DNA of 64,000 nucleotides, from contig OZ244991.1 in NCBI GenBank assembly GCA_965223335.1, forward strand, positions 1,216,001 to 1,280,000, read 5' to 3'. The notes under the pieces were generated by a model. That model saw only the letters and a program-made list of their open reading frames with translations, had not been told where the DNA came from and did no database searches. This document shows positions 18,175 to 27,979 of this stretch, piece by piece; position 1 is the stretch's first letter; every line of letters begins with the position of its first letter. This stretch comes from Thermodesulfobacteriota bacterium (GTDB taxonomy: Bacteria; Desulfobacterota_D; UBA1144; Nemesobacterales; UBA2774). Position numbers and translations under genes: made by a program.

Positions 18175-18280
18175 TTGCCAAAAAATATAAAAAGTGATAC
18201 TATGAATTTCTACTTGCTGTAAACCTTATTTTACATCTAACATCTGCCGGGGAAATAGATATTTCCAACGGCGTTTTTTT
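18175..18280 (+). ncRNA. Promoter plus ~70-nt terminated non-coding transcript (candidate sRNA/attenuator)
   Basis: TTGCCA-17-TACTAT with extended TG, a hairpin TGTAAA-CCTTAT-TTTACA, and a GC hairpin at 18246-18272 followed by T7. Confidence 0.45.
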
Positions 18281-18419
18281 ATTCAATCGCCACTTTAAGA
18301 ATGTTTGTTAACTCCTAACCGACATTTTATTTTTATTCTCCGAAAATTTTTTTTGCAATCTAATTATCCGAAGTTATTATATTTTCTAGGAGGGTTGCGA
18401 AAGTGGGGAAAAAATCCCC

Positions 18420-18473
18420 TTGACAACCACAACATATTGTGTTTCAATCGATGCATAGCACAAGATATCTTAA
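18420..18473 (+). promoter_or_regulatory. nrdJ promoter with tandem NrdR boxes
   Basis: TTGACA at 18420. CCACAACATATTGTGT (18427) and GCACAAGATATCTTAA (18458) resemble the NrdR consensus and start 31 bp apart. Confidence 0.78.
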
Positions 18474-18502
18474 CTTAGAGTTAATACGATGGAGGATCTT
18501 AC

Positions 18503-20989
18503 ATGGCATCAGAGAAAGCTGGACCTACTAAAGCCAACGGAAATGGAAACGGGAAAGGGTTTGCAGAGGAAAAGAACTATCCGAACCAGGCAGAGTACAG
18601 CGTAGAAGAGTCCAGCCAGCCTAAAGAGACCCCTAGTTTTAAAGAAGGAGTAATGGATATCCCGGAAGAGACCATAGAGGCTTTCGGGAGCGATGAGCTC
18701 AGAGCCAGGGTTTTTTACGAAAAGTACGCGCTTAGGGATAAAAACGGCAAAATTGTAGAAACACGCCCCGAGCATATGTGGAAAAGGGTGGCTCATGAGA
18801 TGGCCTCGCCCGAAAAGACCAAAGCACAGCGCCAAGAGTGGCAGGAAAACTTCGAGTGGCTCCTTTCGGACTTTAAATTTATCCCCGGCGGTAGAATCCT
18901 TTTCGGCGCTGGGCAAAATAGAAGGGCCACGCTTCTAAACTGCTATTACATGCCTATAAAAGAGGACTCCATTGAGGGAATATTTGAATGGTGCAAAGAG
19001 GCGGCCAGGACATACTCGTTCGGCGGTGGAGTAGGCACCGATATTTCGCTTCTAAGACCTAAGGGCGCACCGGTAAATAACTCTGCCATTTACTCAACCG
19101 GTGCGGTGTCGTTTATGGACCTGCTCTCTACTACAACAGGAACCATAGGTCAGGCAGGCAGAAGGGGGGCGCTTATGATCACCATTGACGTTAGCCACCC
19201 CGATATTCTCGAATTTATAGATATTAAAAACGATGAGGCCCGTTCCAAGGTTCAATTTGCCAACATCTCGGTGAAGGTGTCGGATGAATTTATGAAGGCA
19301 GTTGAAGACGATACGGATTTTGAACTCAGGTTTAAAAACGAGAAGGTTGATGTAAGCAAGAAAATCAGGGCTAGGGTGCTCTGGGAAAAACTCGTTAAAT
19401 CCGCATGGTCTTCAGCCGAGCCGGGTGTGATATTCTGGGATTCAGTTAAAAAGTATTCACCCACAGAGTATAACGGCATGGGAGTAAACGGTGTTAACCC
19501 CTGCAGTGAGCAGGCGCTTGAGGACTATGGAAACTGTTGTTTAGGCAATATTAATCTATCTCCCTTTGTAATGGACGAGTTTACGGATAATGCGTCTTTG
19601 GACTGGGAGAATCTAGAGAAGGCTTTTTCATACGCAGTGCGCTTTCTCGACAACGTGCTTGACTACAACATGAAAAAACACCCGCTTGAGTATCAGACCA
19701 GTGCATCTACTACATCGAGGCGCATTGGTGTCGGGTTTACCGGATTCGGCGATATGCTGGCCAAATTAAATATAAAATACGATAGTGATGAAGCTGTCGA
19801 GTTTGCCGATAAGATGTTTGAGCATATTAAAAACACGGTTTATGAAGCAAGCTCTGACCTAGCGGCAGAGAAGGGAACTTTCCCTGCTTTTGATCTGGAC
19901 ACCCACCTTTCCCGCCCGTTTTTAGATACTATCGACAAGAGGGTTCATTCAAAGATAAAAGAGAACGGGCTTAGAAACGCTTGCATTCTTACCGTGCCAC
20001 CTGTAGGCAGCGGCTCAGTACTGGCCGGGACCACAAGCGGTGTCGAGCCTGCGTTTGCTCTCTCTTACTATAGGAGATCCAAGTCTCTGTCCAAAGAGGA
20101 GTTTAAGGTCTATCATCCGCTTGTAGAAGATTACATGAGCAATTTTAACCTTGAGGACGAATCCGAACTACCTGAGTATTTTGTTACATCGCACGAGATA
20201 AGCCCGGATATGAGAGTGCGCATGCAAGCGGCTATTCAGAAGCATATCGATTCGTGCATATCGAGCACTGTAAACCTGCCGCACGACATCTCTCTGGACG
20301 AGGTAGAAAAAATATATTTTCTGGCATGGAAACTCGGATGCAAGGGTATAACCGTATACCGCGAGGGTTCGAGAGAAGGAATATTAGTTACAGAAGAAGA
20401 GGTAAAATCAAACACTGAAGACGAAGAAAAGCTTCCGACCCAGACCCAGGACGAAGGGATGAAACAAACCCATCACCCCAACCCCATCTCATCCCTTCGT
20501 TCCTCCCAAATCCCCGAGATCAAGCCTATTAAGAGGCCTTCGGTACTCGAGGGGTTTACAGAGGTCATAAAGACAGGGTACGGAAATCTATATGTGACAA
20601 TTAACACCTACGAGGGCCGTCCGTTTGAGGTTTTTGTACAGATTGGGAAGTCGGGTTACAGCACAATGGCGGATGCCGAGGCCACGGGGAGGCTGGTATC
20701 GCTTGCGCTTAGGTCCGGGGTGAGTGTTAAAGACGTTGTGGAACAGCTAGAGGGAATCGGCGGGTCATCGCCGGTGTTCTCGGAGGGTAAGTTAGTGATG
20801 TCTATCCCCGACGCAATTGCAACAGTACTCAAAAAGCGCTTTGTGGCCAATGATCCAAGTGAAGAGTCGGCGGGCAAAGTCGCTTTGGACCTAAACCTGG
20901 AAAGGTGCCCTGACTGCGGTGACCGTGCATTGGCATTCGAGCAGGGATGCATGACCTGTAGAAGCTGTGGTTACTCCAAGTGTGATTAG
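18503..20989 (+). CDS. nrdJ: Adenosylcobalamin-dependent (class II) ribonucleotide reductase
   Basis: PGGRIL, NCY, RRGA.M, NISV, EPG, NPC.EQ, RRIG.G and TVYREGSR. C-terminal TSCPD-like domain and CxxC..CxxC..C; no class I R2 gene adjacent. Confidence 0.92.
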   Translation: MASEKAGPTKANGNGNGKGFAEEKNYPNQAEYSVEESSQPKETPSFKEGVMDIPEETIEAFGSDELRARVFYEKYALRDKNGKIVETRPEHMWKRVAHEMASPEKTKAQRQEWQENFEWLLSDFKFIPGGRILFGAGQNRRATLLNCYYMPIKEDSIEGIFEWCKEAARTYSFGGGVGTDISLLRPKGAPVNNSAIYSTGAVSFMDLLSTTTGTIGQAGRRGALMITIDVSHPDILEFIDIKNDEARSKVQFANISVKVSDEFMKAVEDDTDFELRFKNEKVDVSKKIRARVLWEKLVKSAWSSAEPGVIFWDSVKKYSPTEYNGMGVNGVNPCSEQALEDYGNCCLGNINLSPFVMDEFTDNASLDWENLEKAFSYAVRFLDNVLDYNMKKHPLEYQTSASTTSRRIGVGFTGFGDMLAKLNIKYDSDEAVEFADKMFEHIKNTVYEASSDLAAEKGTFPAFDLDTHLSRPFLDTIDKRVHSKIKENGLRNACILTVPPVGSGSVLAGTTSGVEPAFALSYYRRSKSLSKEEFKVYHPLVEDYMSNFNLEDESELPEYFVTSHEISPDMRVRMQAAIQKHIDSCISSTVNLPHDISLDEVEKIYFLAWKLGCKGITVYREGSREGILVTEEEVKSNTEDEEKLPTQTQDEGMKQTHHPNPISSLRSSQIPEIKPIKRPSVLEGFTEVIKTGYGNLYVTINTYEGRPFEVFVQIGKSGYSTMADAEATGRLVSLALRSGVSVKDVVEQLEGIGGSSPVFSEGKLVMSIPDAIATVLKKRFVANDPSEESAGKVALDLNLERCPDCGDRALAFEQGCMTCRSCGYSKCD

Positions 20990-21077
20990 CGCTAGGTCTA
21001 CATACACCTTAATCTTAAATTACAATCGTATACTGATGACAACACATTCTAAGTACCGGGTGAGGTGCGCTTAGGCT

Positions 21078-21395
21078 ATGTCTGATAGTAAAGGGACAGT
21101 ACTCTCGGGTGTGTTTTGGATGTTCCTCATATCTATACTGCTGTTTTGGCTGCCTGGGCTGGGGCCCTTAATTGCCGGGATAGTAGGGGGCAAGAAATCG
21201 GGCGGCATACTAAACGCTCTTATAGCGGTTTTCTTACCAGCTTTAGTAATGGGGGTTTTGCTTTTTGCTTTCGGTACAGCCCTAACCGGGGCGCCGCTGA
21301 TCGGGGTGATAGCCGCAAGCGGTATATTTGTGCTGATAGTCTCTAATGTGGGACCGCTATTGCTGGGCGCAATAGTGGGTGGGATTATCGCATAA
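21078..21395 (+). CDS. Small Gly-rich hydrophobic membrane protein
   Basis: 3-4 TM segments, WLP.LGPLIAG.VGG and a GAGGTG SD. Confidence 0.8.
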   Translation: MSDSKGTVLSGVFWMFLISILLFWLPGLGPLIAGIVGGKKSGGILNALIAVFLPALVMGVLLFAFGTALTGAPLIGVIAASGIFVLIVSNVGPLLLGAIVGGIIA

Positions 21396-21452
21396 AAACG
21401 CTCTGAGCGTAGTGGGGTCAGATCTGGGGGGTGTAGCTCTTACAGCCGCAAT

Positions 21453-22643
21453 CTATCTAAGAAAACTCTCTAAATGATCCTTAATATCCGAGTTGGCTAG
21501 CTTTCCTAGTGCAGCTTTTTCTATCTGGCGAATGCGCTCACGGGTCAGGTTAAACCTCTTGCCTATCTCATCCAGAGTATAGGTGCTTCTCTGATCTATT
21601 CCAAAGCGTAGCCTCAGTATCTCTTCTTCTCTAGGGTTTAGCATTGTAAGGGCGTTGCGCAGTTTATCGGTAAGGTCGGATTTGGCAACGAGAGTGTCTG
21701 GGATTACGGTTTCGCTATCTGCGATGGAATCGAGCAGTGTGGTTTTCTCACCGTCTAGGATCGGGGTGTCTAGGCTGATTGCGTCTTTAGTGGATCTGAG
21801 TATCCGTTTTACTACCTCTACGGATATCCCTGACTTACGCGCGATCTCTTTGGGTGTGGGTTTACGGCCGAGCTGTTTCGCAAGCAGTGAGTTTACCTTG
21901 TAGACCCTGTTTGCCTGCTCGAGCAGATAAACAGGGACCTTGATGGTTCTAGTCTGGCCCTGTAGAGCTCTTAGAATCGCCTGGTGAATCCACCACGATG
22001 CATATGTAGAGAATTTAAATCCCTTACGGTGATCGAACCTCTCCACAGCCCTCATAAGGCCCATATTGCCCTCTTGTATGAGGTCTGAGAGTGGGAGGCC
22101 CCTGCCCATGTATTTGCGTGATATGGTAATCACGAGGCGGAGGTTGGCTTTAACGAACCTTTGCTTCATGCGTTTTGCGTTCTCAGAGTAGGCCTTAATA
22201 AAAGCGTTTAGGCTTTTAACTCGTTTGTCTATATCGTTTTTTTGTTGACTTAGTTTTTTGCTCTTGCGGGATTTACCGTTAGTTTTGCGTATTGAAGTCT
22301 CTACGTCCTTTATCTTAAGTACGTGGGAGTATAGTTCACGGGATTTTGCTTCGCACTTTTTAATCTTTGCCGAGATCTCTATCTCTTCCCGTGCTGTGAA
22401 TAGTGGTTCTACAGACATGTCCTTGAAATACACATAGAGAAGTCTTAGTTGTTCGTCGGGTGTTTCATCGGTTTTGGATTTTTGCTTGATTCGTCTTGAG
22501 CTAAAGCCGTTTTCGTTCTCTTCTTCCTGAATATAGTTGTCTTTATACGATATGGAGATGTTGTCGTCATCGCCCACATAGCCTTCAAACTCGTTTACTG
22601 CTACAGTGTCATCGAACTCTTTGTATTTTGTCTCCATGCTCAC
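21453..22643 (-). CDS. Sigma-70 family RNA polymerase sigma factor (RpoD/RpoS-like paralogue, no clear region 1.1)
   Basis: ANLRLV..I..KY.GRGL...DLIQEGN.GL..AV.RFD..KG.KFSTYA.WWI and region 4 TL.EIG..F.LTRERIRQIE. Confidence 0.93.
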   Translation of the reverse strand: MSMETKYKEFDDTVAVNEFEGYVGDDDNISISYKDNYIQEEENENGFSSRRIKQKSKTDETPDEQLRLLYVYFKDMSVEPLFTAREEIEISAKIKKCEAKSRELYSHVLKIKDVETSIRKTNGKSRKSKKLSQQKNDIDKRVKSLNAFIKAYSENAKRMKQRFVKANLRLVITISRKYMGRGLPLSDLIQEGNMGLMRAVERFDHRKGFKFSTYASWWIHQAILRALQGQTRTIKVPVYLLEQANRVYKVNSLLAKQLGRKPTPKEIARKSGISVEVVKRILRSTKDAISLDTPILDGEKTTLLDSIADSETVIPDTLVAKSDLTDKLRNALTMLNPREEEILRLRFGIDQRSTYTLDEIGKRFNLTRERIRQIEKAALGKLANSDIKDHLESFLR

Positions 22644-22897
22644 TTCCTTTTTTATTTTTCAAATTATTTGATAATAATGGAGAATTTACAGGTACTTATT
22701 ACATGGTGTACCGTGTAGGGAAAAGTTGTGGAGGGGTAATTATACTACCTCCCAAACAGTAAATTTGATTCCAACTATCCGAACACCACTTTCATCCGAA
22801 TGTAGTGTCGGGCCACCTGCTAATCTAAAACCACTATTAGTTCTGTTGATCCTTCCGGTTACCGCCAATTCTATCAAAAAACTGGAGTAATTTCAAC

Positions 22898-23506
22898 CTA
22901 TTTTGCATCGTTATAGCTCTCGGCAACTTTGTTCCAGTTTACTACGTTCCACCACGCTGTTATGTAGTCGGGCCTGCGGTTTTGATAATTGAGATAATAT
23001 GCATGTTCCCATACATCGAGCCCCAATACAGGTACCAATCCCTCGGATACCGGGTTGTCCTGGTTGGGGGTGGACGTAACCACCAATTGTCCCCCTGAGT
23101 CTAGTGCAAGCCAGGCCCAACCGCTGCCGAACCTGGTGGCGCCGGCCTTTGCAAATTGCTCTTTAAAACCATCGAAACTGCCGAATGCAGAGTCGATGGC
23201 TTGGGCCAGCTCCCCGCTTGGGGATGTGGACTCGGGTGTCATGCATTCCCAAAACAGGCTGTGGTTAGCATGGCCACCACCGTTATTTCTGACTGCTGTG
23301 CGTATGTCTTCGGGAATAGCGTTTAAGTTGCTCAATAACTCGTTTAGGTCTTTGTCTTTTAGTTCAGGGTGTTTGTCGAGTGCTGCGTTTAGATTATTTA
23401 CATAGCCCTGATGGTGCTTGGTATGATGAATTTCCATGGTTCTCGCATCTATGTGCGGTTCTAAAGCATCGTAACCATAAGGAAGTGCGGGTAATTCGTA
23501 AGACAT
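22898..23506 (-). CDS. sodA: Mn/Fe superoxide dismutase (Mn-type residues)
   Basis: HHTKHH, NNGGGH.NH, FGSGWAW, NQD and DVWEHAYY. Confidence 0.93.
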   Translation of the reverse strand: MSYELPALPYGYDALEPHIDARTMEIHHTKHHQGYVNNLNAALDKHPELKDKDLNELLSNLNAIPEDIRTAVRNNGGGHANHSLFWECMTPESTSPSGELAQAIDSAFGSFDGFKEQFAKAGATRFGSGWAWLALDSGGQLVVTSTPNQDNPVSEGLVPVLGLDVWEHAYYLNYQNRRPDYITAWWNVVNWNKVAESYNDAK

Positions 23507-23629
23507 TTCATCCCTCCTCGGATTTTATGTTACTTGACGGGAAACACTAATGTACTTATACAGCTTAATTAACTACAATAATTAACTGCAATTAGCCTGG
23601 GTGATAATGCAACTAAATAAAACTCAATT

Positions 23630-23710
23630 AGTTTAACCCTTATACCATGCGGTGTCAAAATTATTATGATAGATGTAAGTTTTGACAAAGATCGATACAA
23701 TTATTAGAAT
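23630..23710. promoter_or_regulatory. Back-to-back sigma70 promoters (sodA and ABC ATPase)
   Basis: Minus strand TTGACA(23658)-17-TAAACT; plus strand TTGACA(23682)-17-TAGAAT. Confidence 0.7.
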
Positions 23711-23758
23711 CCATACGAGTTTATTCGCGTGGTGAATTAAACAGGTGTACTAAAGTAT

Positions 23759-24505
23759 ATGCAGAATAACTATATTGTAGAGCTAAAAGACGTATACAAG
23801 TCGTTTGAGACCAAGCACGTGCATATGGGTCTTACACTCTCGATAGAAAAGGGCGAGAGTATTACGGTGCTGGGTGGTAGCGGATCGGGTAAGAGTGTGT
23901 TGCTGAAGGAGATCACGGGACTACTAAAACCCGATAGCGGGCAGGTGATAGTAGAGGGTGAGGACATAACACATATGAATGAGAGGGACCTCGTAGACGT
24001 TAGGAAGAAAATGGGCATGTTGTTTCAGGGTGCGGCACTGTTCGACTCGCTTAGCGTGGAGGAAAACATAGCGTATCCGCTTAGGGAAAACGCAAATTTC
24101 ACAGAGCAGGAGATGAGCGAGATAGTGGCCAAAAACCTTGAGCTCGTGGGATTGCCAGGGATAGAGGACAAGCTGCCGTCAGACCTAAGCGGTGGTATGA
24201 AAAAGAGAGTGGGGCTCGCGAGGGCCATGGCAATGAACCCGAAGATACTTCTTTACGACGAACCTACCACAGGGCTTGACCCGCCCAACATAAGCAGGAT
24301 AAACCAGCTTATCCAAGACATGCAGGACCAGTTCGGGATTACGGGTGTGATCATTACACACGATGTGCAGAGTGCGTTTGAGGTCTCGGACAGGATAGCA
24401 TTTTTGAGCGAGGGTAAGATCGTTTTTGTCGGTACGGTGGATGAGGCGAAGAACACGGATATAGAGGATTTGAGCAATTTTATACACGGTAAAATGGTCG
24501 ACTGA
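23759..24505 (+). CDS. mlaF: ABC ATP-binding protein, MlaF/Ttg2A/Mkl type
   Basis: GGSGSGKS, GMLFQGAALFDS, LSGGMKKRVGLARA, YDEPTTGLDP and ITHD. Confidence 0.85.
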   Translation: MQNNYIVELKDVYKSFETKHVHMGLTLSIEKGESITVLGGSGSGKSVLLKEITGLLKPDSGQVIVEGEDITHMNERDLVDVRKKMGMLFQGAALFDSLSVEENIAYPLRENANFTEQEMSEIVAKNLELVGLPGIEDKLPSDLSGGMKKRVGLARAMAMNPKILLYDEPTTGLDPPNISRINQLIQDMQDQFGITGVIITHDVQSAFEVSDRIAFLSEGKIVFVGTVDEAKNTDIEDLSNFIHGKMVD

Positions 24506-24527
24506 TCATTTTGGGTAGTTGAGTTAA

Positions 24528-25007
24528 TTACCAGTACCTGTCTTCAATGTTTTCCACACCCTCAATCTTAGTAATTTTCCAGCCCCCAAGCGTGGATTTC
24601 TCGAGAGTAACCGTGATGTTGTCGGGGTCGCCATCCCTACCCATGAGGCTCTGTGTAACACCCGACTTTGTTGCAAAGGCCTCGATGTCTATATTGGCGA
24701 CTGCGACGGCTTTGCCGTCAGCCGATTCGCTTAGTGTTACGAAAATATTTTCATAACTGCCGCCCACTGTGTCGAATTTTTCAAATGCTTTTTTAATGAT
24801 GTTTTTTATCACAGGGTAAGACGCTCCGTTGTCGTCCTTGTAGTGCAGCGAGAACTTATCTGTAATGGCCTCGGGGTCTTTATTGGCTGCGGCTTCGATC
24901 ATCTCGTTAAAAAGTGCTTCGATCTGGGATGTATCATCACTCGATCTGAAGAACATATATCCTAGGAGTGCCAGAACAATCACAGCCCCTATTAAGTATT
25001 TGTTCAT
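24528..25007 (-). CDS. Membrane-anchored hypothetical protein (NTF2/SnoaL-like pattern)
   Basis: N-terminal TM; pattern I..L...M..A....D......FS..Y.D..G with C-terminal GGWKIT. Confidence 0.7.
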   Translation of the reverse strand: MNKYLIGAVIVLALLGYMFFRSSDDTSQIEALFNEMIEAAANKDPEAITDKFSLHYKDDNGASYPVIKNIIKKAFEKFDTVGGSYENIFVTLSESADGKAVAVANIDIEAFATKSGVTQSLMGRDGDPDNITVTLEKSTLGGWKITKIEGVENIEDRYW

Positions 25008-25016
25008 AAAAATATA

Positions 25017-27389
25017 TTACTCGGTAATCGGTTCTTTTCCATTCACATAGGTTTTTATAGTAGAGCCGCGGGGGTTAAAAGTGATGGTGACCGAACCGGT
25101 TCTAGAGGTCTCGTAAACGTCCATATCGAGAATGTCGGGATCACGATCTGGGGGAACATCTTTTGGGTCGTCAGTAGTTATGTTTGTGATAAAAGTTGAG
25201 GGTTTAAATAGGTGTATAATCCGGTCGAGTTGGCCGGGGCTCCCGGCATTGGGAACGTAGAGGTAATCGGTAGCGAGCTCTTTTTGATGATTAGCTAGAA
25301 GCTCGGTCTGAATCGACTGATTGTTTAGTGCTTCCCCGAGGATTATGGAACTCGTGCCGTAGTCGATTTTAAAAGCAATCGGTACGGGCGTTCTTGAGTC
25401 TTTTGTGGCCTGGGGGTTTTGAGGTCGGAGTATCTTAAACCCGATGCCTGGAATATGAAATTGTTCGTTTGCGTACTGGAGGTTCTTCCACCTGACCCCG
25501 TCGGTTTTTAGCTCCTGCCATAGGTTACCGGTTAGTTTATAGCCGTTAGTCCATATGTTTTTTGCATTTAGATTAGCTGCGAGCTCGGCTGCGGAGTTCA
25601 TCCTACCTTTGTTTGAAGTCGTAAGTATTAGGTAATCGAGAGTGCGGACGTTTTTGGTCCTCAAAAACGGCTCTATAACGGCGCGTTCTATGAAATCGCT
25701 TTTATCGGCGTATGCATAACCCCCCTCGATCAGGATGCTGGTGTTGTCGGGAAGCTTAAGCAGCACGGCGTGGTGGCTGGCTGGGGTATCTAGTATGCTG
25801 ATCTCGAGTTTATCGGTATGGCGTATTGATAGATTAGAGTAGGCGACGGAGACCACAAAACCTAGGAGTATTAATGCGGCTAGGTACTTGAGTTTTAAGT
25901 GGAATTTGATGACTAGTAAGCACGCGGCGAATAGTGCGTAGAGCAGCATGGACACATGGCTTAGGGGAGAGACTTTTAAAAAGGAGTAGGGGAAGTTATA
26001 GAACAGATTTACTATCTCTACGGTGGATAGGGTTATTAAGTAATTGATATAAGTTAGGGGCCAAGCGATGCTCTCGTTTATAGTGAAAAGTGCTAGCGAT
26101 AAAAGGCCCAGGGGAAGGAGCAGTAAATCCACAATCGGGGTTATCACAAGGTTTGAGGGAATGGATATGAGAGGGAGGTTGCCGAATTGGTTTATAACTA
26201 TGGGGAGAGTGGCGAGAGTTGCGCCGCATGTGGTTTTTACGGTTGTAATAATTTTATCTCTGAGTGTTTCTAGTTTGAACGGGTAGAGTCGGTGGATTAA
26301 TAAAATCCCTAAGACGGCAAGGAATGTGAGTTGAAACGAAAGACTATATAGGTTGGAGGCGTTCCAAACCAGGAGCAAAAACGCTGCGGCAGCCAGAGTG
26401 TTTAGTTTTTCTTCGTCCCTGCCTAAAAAAATTGCGACTAGGTAGAAGGTGACCATTATAAATGCTCTTGTGGCAGAGGCCGAGAACCCGGTTATGGCTG
26501 TGTAAATGAGTACGGGGAGTATAGTGATTAAGGCTGCGATAGGGGCTACTTTAATTCTAAGCAGTAGGTACTCGGAGCGCTTGAGAACCCACTTAATCAG
26601 GAAATAAAAGAGCAATGCCAGTGCCCCAACATGGAGACCCGAAATTGCGAGTAGGTGCGCAACACCGATGGCAGAGAATTTCTCGCGTACACTATGAGGC
26701 ACACCCCCCTTGTCGCCCACCGTTACAGCACTCAAAATAGCACTTTCGGGGGATTTGAAATTGTCGTGTAAAAACCCCGAGTAGTCTGCTTTTAGTTTGT
26801 CGAGTAGGTATCTGGGATAGTCTAGGTAACTCTGTACACCGAACGATAGTATATCCTCACTCCCTCGAATAAAACCCAGGTGTTGGATGTCCATGTGCTC
26901 GTAGTAAGACTTAAGGTCGAAGCTGCCGGGGTTTTTGTATGATTCAATTGAGTTAAGACGCAGATCAAGGACTAGGATGGTCTCGCCAAAATGTAGATTT
27001 TCCACCTGCTCCTTTGTATAGATAGCTATTTTGCCTGAGGTCTCTTGCGTGATACCCCTTTCTAAAACACCGCTTATATCCAAAAATAGTCTCGATCCGC
27101 TTATCCGGTTTTCAGGGGGGCGATATAGTGTGCCTACGACATTTAATTTTCCTGTCGTATCCAGGGCACTGTGACTGGATGAAGGGAGCGGTGGGGAGTA
27201 AATAATTAAGCCTAGAGGGATGAACAAAAGAACGCTTAGCCGAGGGAGCTTGAGTGCCAATAAGCCCAGGAGAGGGGAGAGTATAATAGCTGCTAGCCAT
27301 CTGTTGCCTATGTGTTCGCCAATTAATATTCCGGTGACTAGGCATAGCAGCGCAAATACAATCTTGTAGCGCTCAAATAGATAACTCAT
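25017..27389 (-). CDS. comEC: ComEC/Rec2 DNA uptake channel
   Basis: OB-like region with NPGSFD, competence domain GVAHLLAISGLHVG, SA.RA..M and SFQLTF.A. The C-terminal MBL-like domain is degenerate. Confidence 0.88.
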   Translation of the reverse strand: MSYLFERYKIVFALLCLVTGILIGEHIGNRWLAAIILSPLLGLLALKLPRLSVLLFIPLGLIIYSPPLPSSSHSALDTTGKLNVVGTLYRPPENRISGSRLFLDISGVLERGITQETSGKIAIYTKEQVENLHFGETILVLDLRLNSIESYKNPGSFDLKSYYEHMDIQHLGFIRGSEDILSFGVQSYLDYPRYLLDKLKADYSGFLHDNFKSPESAILSAVTVGDKGGVPHSVREKFSAIGVAHLLAISGLHVGALALLFYFLIKWVLKRSEYLLLRIKVAPIAALITILPVLIYTAITGFSASATRAFIMVTFYLVAIFLGRDEEKLNTLAAAAFLLLVWNASNLYSLSFQLTFLAVLGILLIHRLYPFKLETLRDKIITTVKTTCGATLATLPIVINQFGNLPLISIPSNLVITPIVDLLLLPLGLLSLALFTINESIAWPLTYINYLITLSTVEIVNLFYNFPYSFLKVSPLSHVSMLLYALFAACLLVIKFHLKLKYLAALILLGFVVSVAYSNLSIRHTDKLEISILDTPASHHAVLLKLPDNTSILIEGGYAYADKSDFIERAVIEPFLRTKNVRTLDYLILTTSNKGRMNSAAELAANLNAKNIWTNGYKLTGNLWQELKTDGVRWKNLQYANEQFHIPGIGFKILRPQNPQATKDSRTPVPIAFKIDYGTSSIILGEALNNQSIQTELLANHQKELATDYLYVPNAGSPGQLDRIIHLFKPSTFITNITTDDPKDVPPDRDPDILDMDVYETSRTGSVTITFNPRGSTIKTYVNGKEPITE

Positions 27390-27494
27390 CAAATATATAT
27401 TAAGTTAGTTTATCTATTCGAGGCAAGTGCAATGTGGTATATGGATCTATGGATTTACGGCTCGCTACATCTAATTAAGCGCTTTTAGTGGGTG

Positions 27495-27971
27495 TTAGGT
27501 TCTCTTTAGCAGTACTGCTGCTTTAGATGCAATGCCCTCACCTCTTCCTGTGAACCCCATGCCGTCGGTTGTTGTGGCTTTGATCCCTATCTGTTCCCCA
27601 GAGATCTGAATTATCGACGAGAGACTCTCTTTAAGTTGATCGACATGGGGCGAGATTTTTGGTGACTCGCAAATAATTACACAGTCAAGGTTTAGAACAC
27701 CGAAGCCTTTTTTGTGCATTATCAATAGCACTTTCTCTAATAGCACGAGACTCGATATCCCTTTATAAGCGGGGTCGGAATCGGGAAATTTAGTTCCTAT
27801 ATCGCCCTCGCCCAGTGCACCCAAGACTGCATCGCAGACCGCATGGGTAAGCACGTCTGCATCCGAGTGGCCGTCTAGTCCCCGTTCAAAAGGTATCTCT
27901 ACACCACCAAGAACCAAGCTCTTCCCCTCCACTAATCGATGTGCATCGAAACCAAAACCTATTCTATACAT
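27495..27971 (-). CDS. ispF: 2-C-methyl-D-erythritol 2,4-cyclodiphosphate synthase
   Basis: RIG.GFDAH, GHSDADV..HA..DA.LGA, GDIG..FP, IKATT and GFTGRGEGI. Confidence 0.97.
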   Translation of the reverse strand: MYRIGFGFDAHRLVEGKSLVLGGVEIPFERGLDGHSDADVLTHAVCDAVLGALGEGDIGTKFPDSDPAYKGISSLVLLEKVLLIMHKKGFGVLNLDCVIICESPKISPHVDQLKESLSSIIQISGEQIGIKATTTDGMGFTGRGEGIASKAAVLLKRT

Positions 27972-27979
27972 AATCTCCT

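Noticed and set aside
18205..18420. Cobalamin riboswitch upstream of nrdJ
   Set aside because: Could not find the conserved B12-box and core elements in order; the region is very AT-rich.
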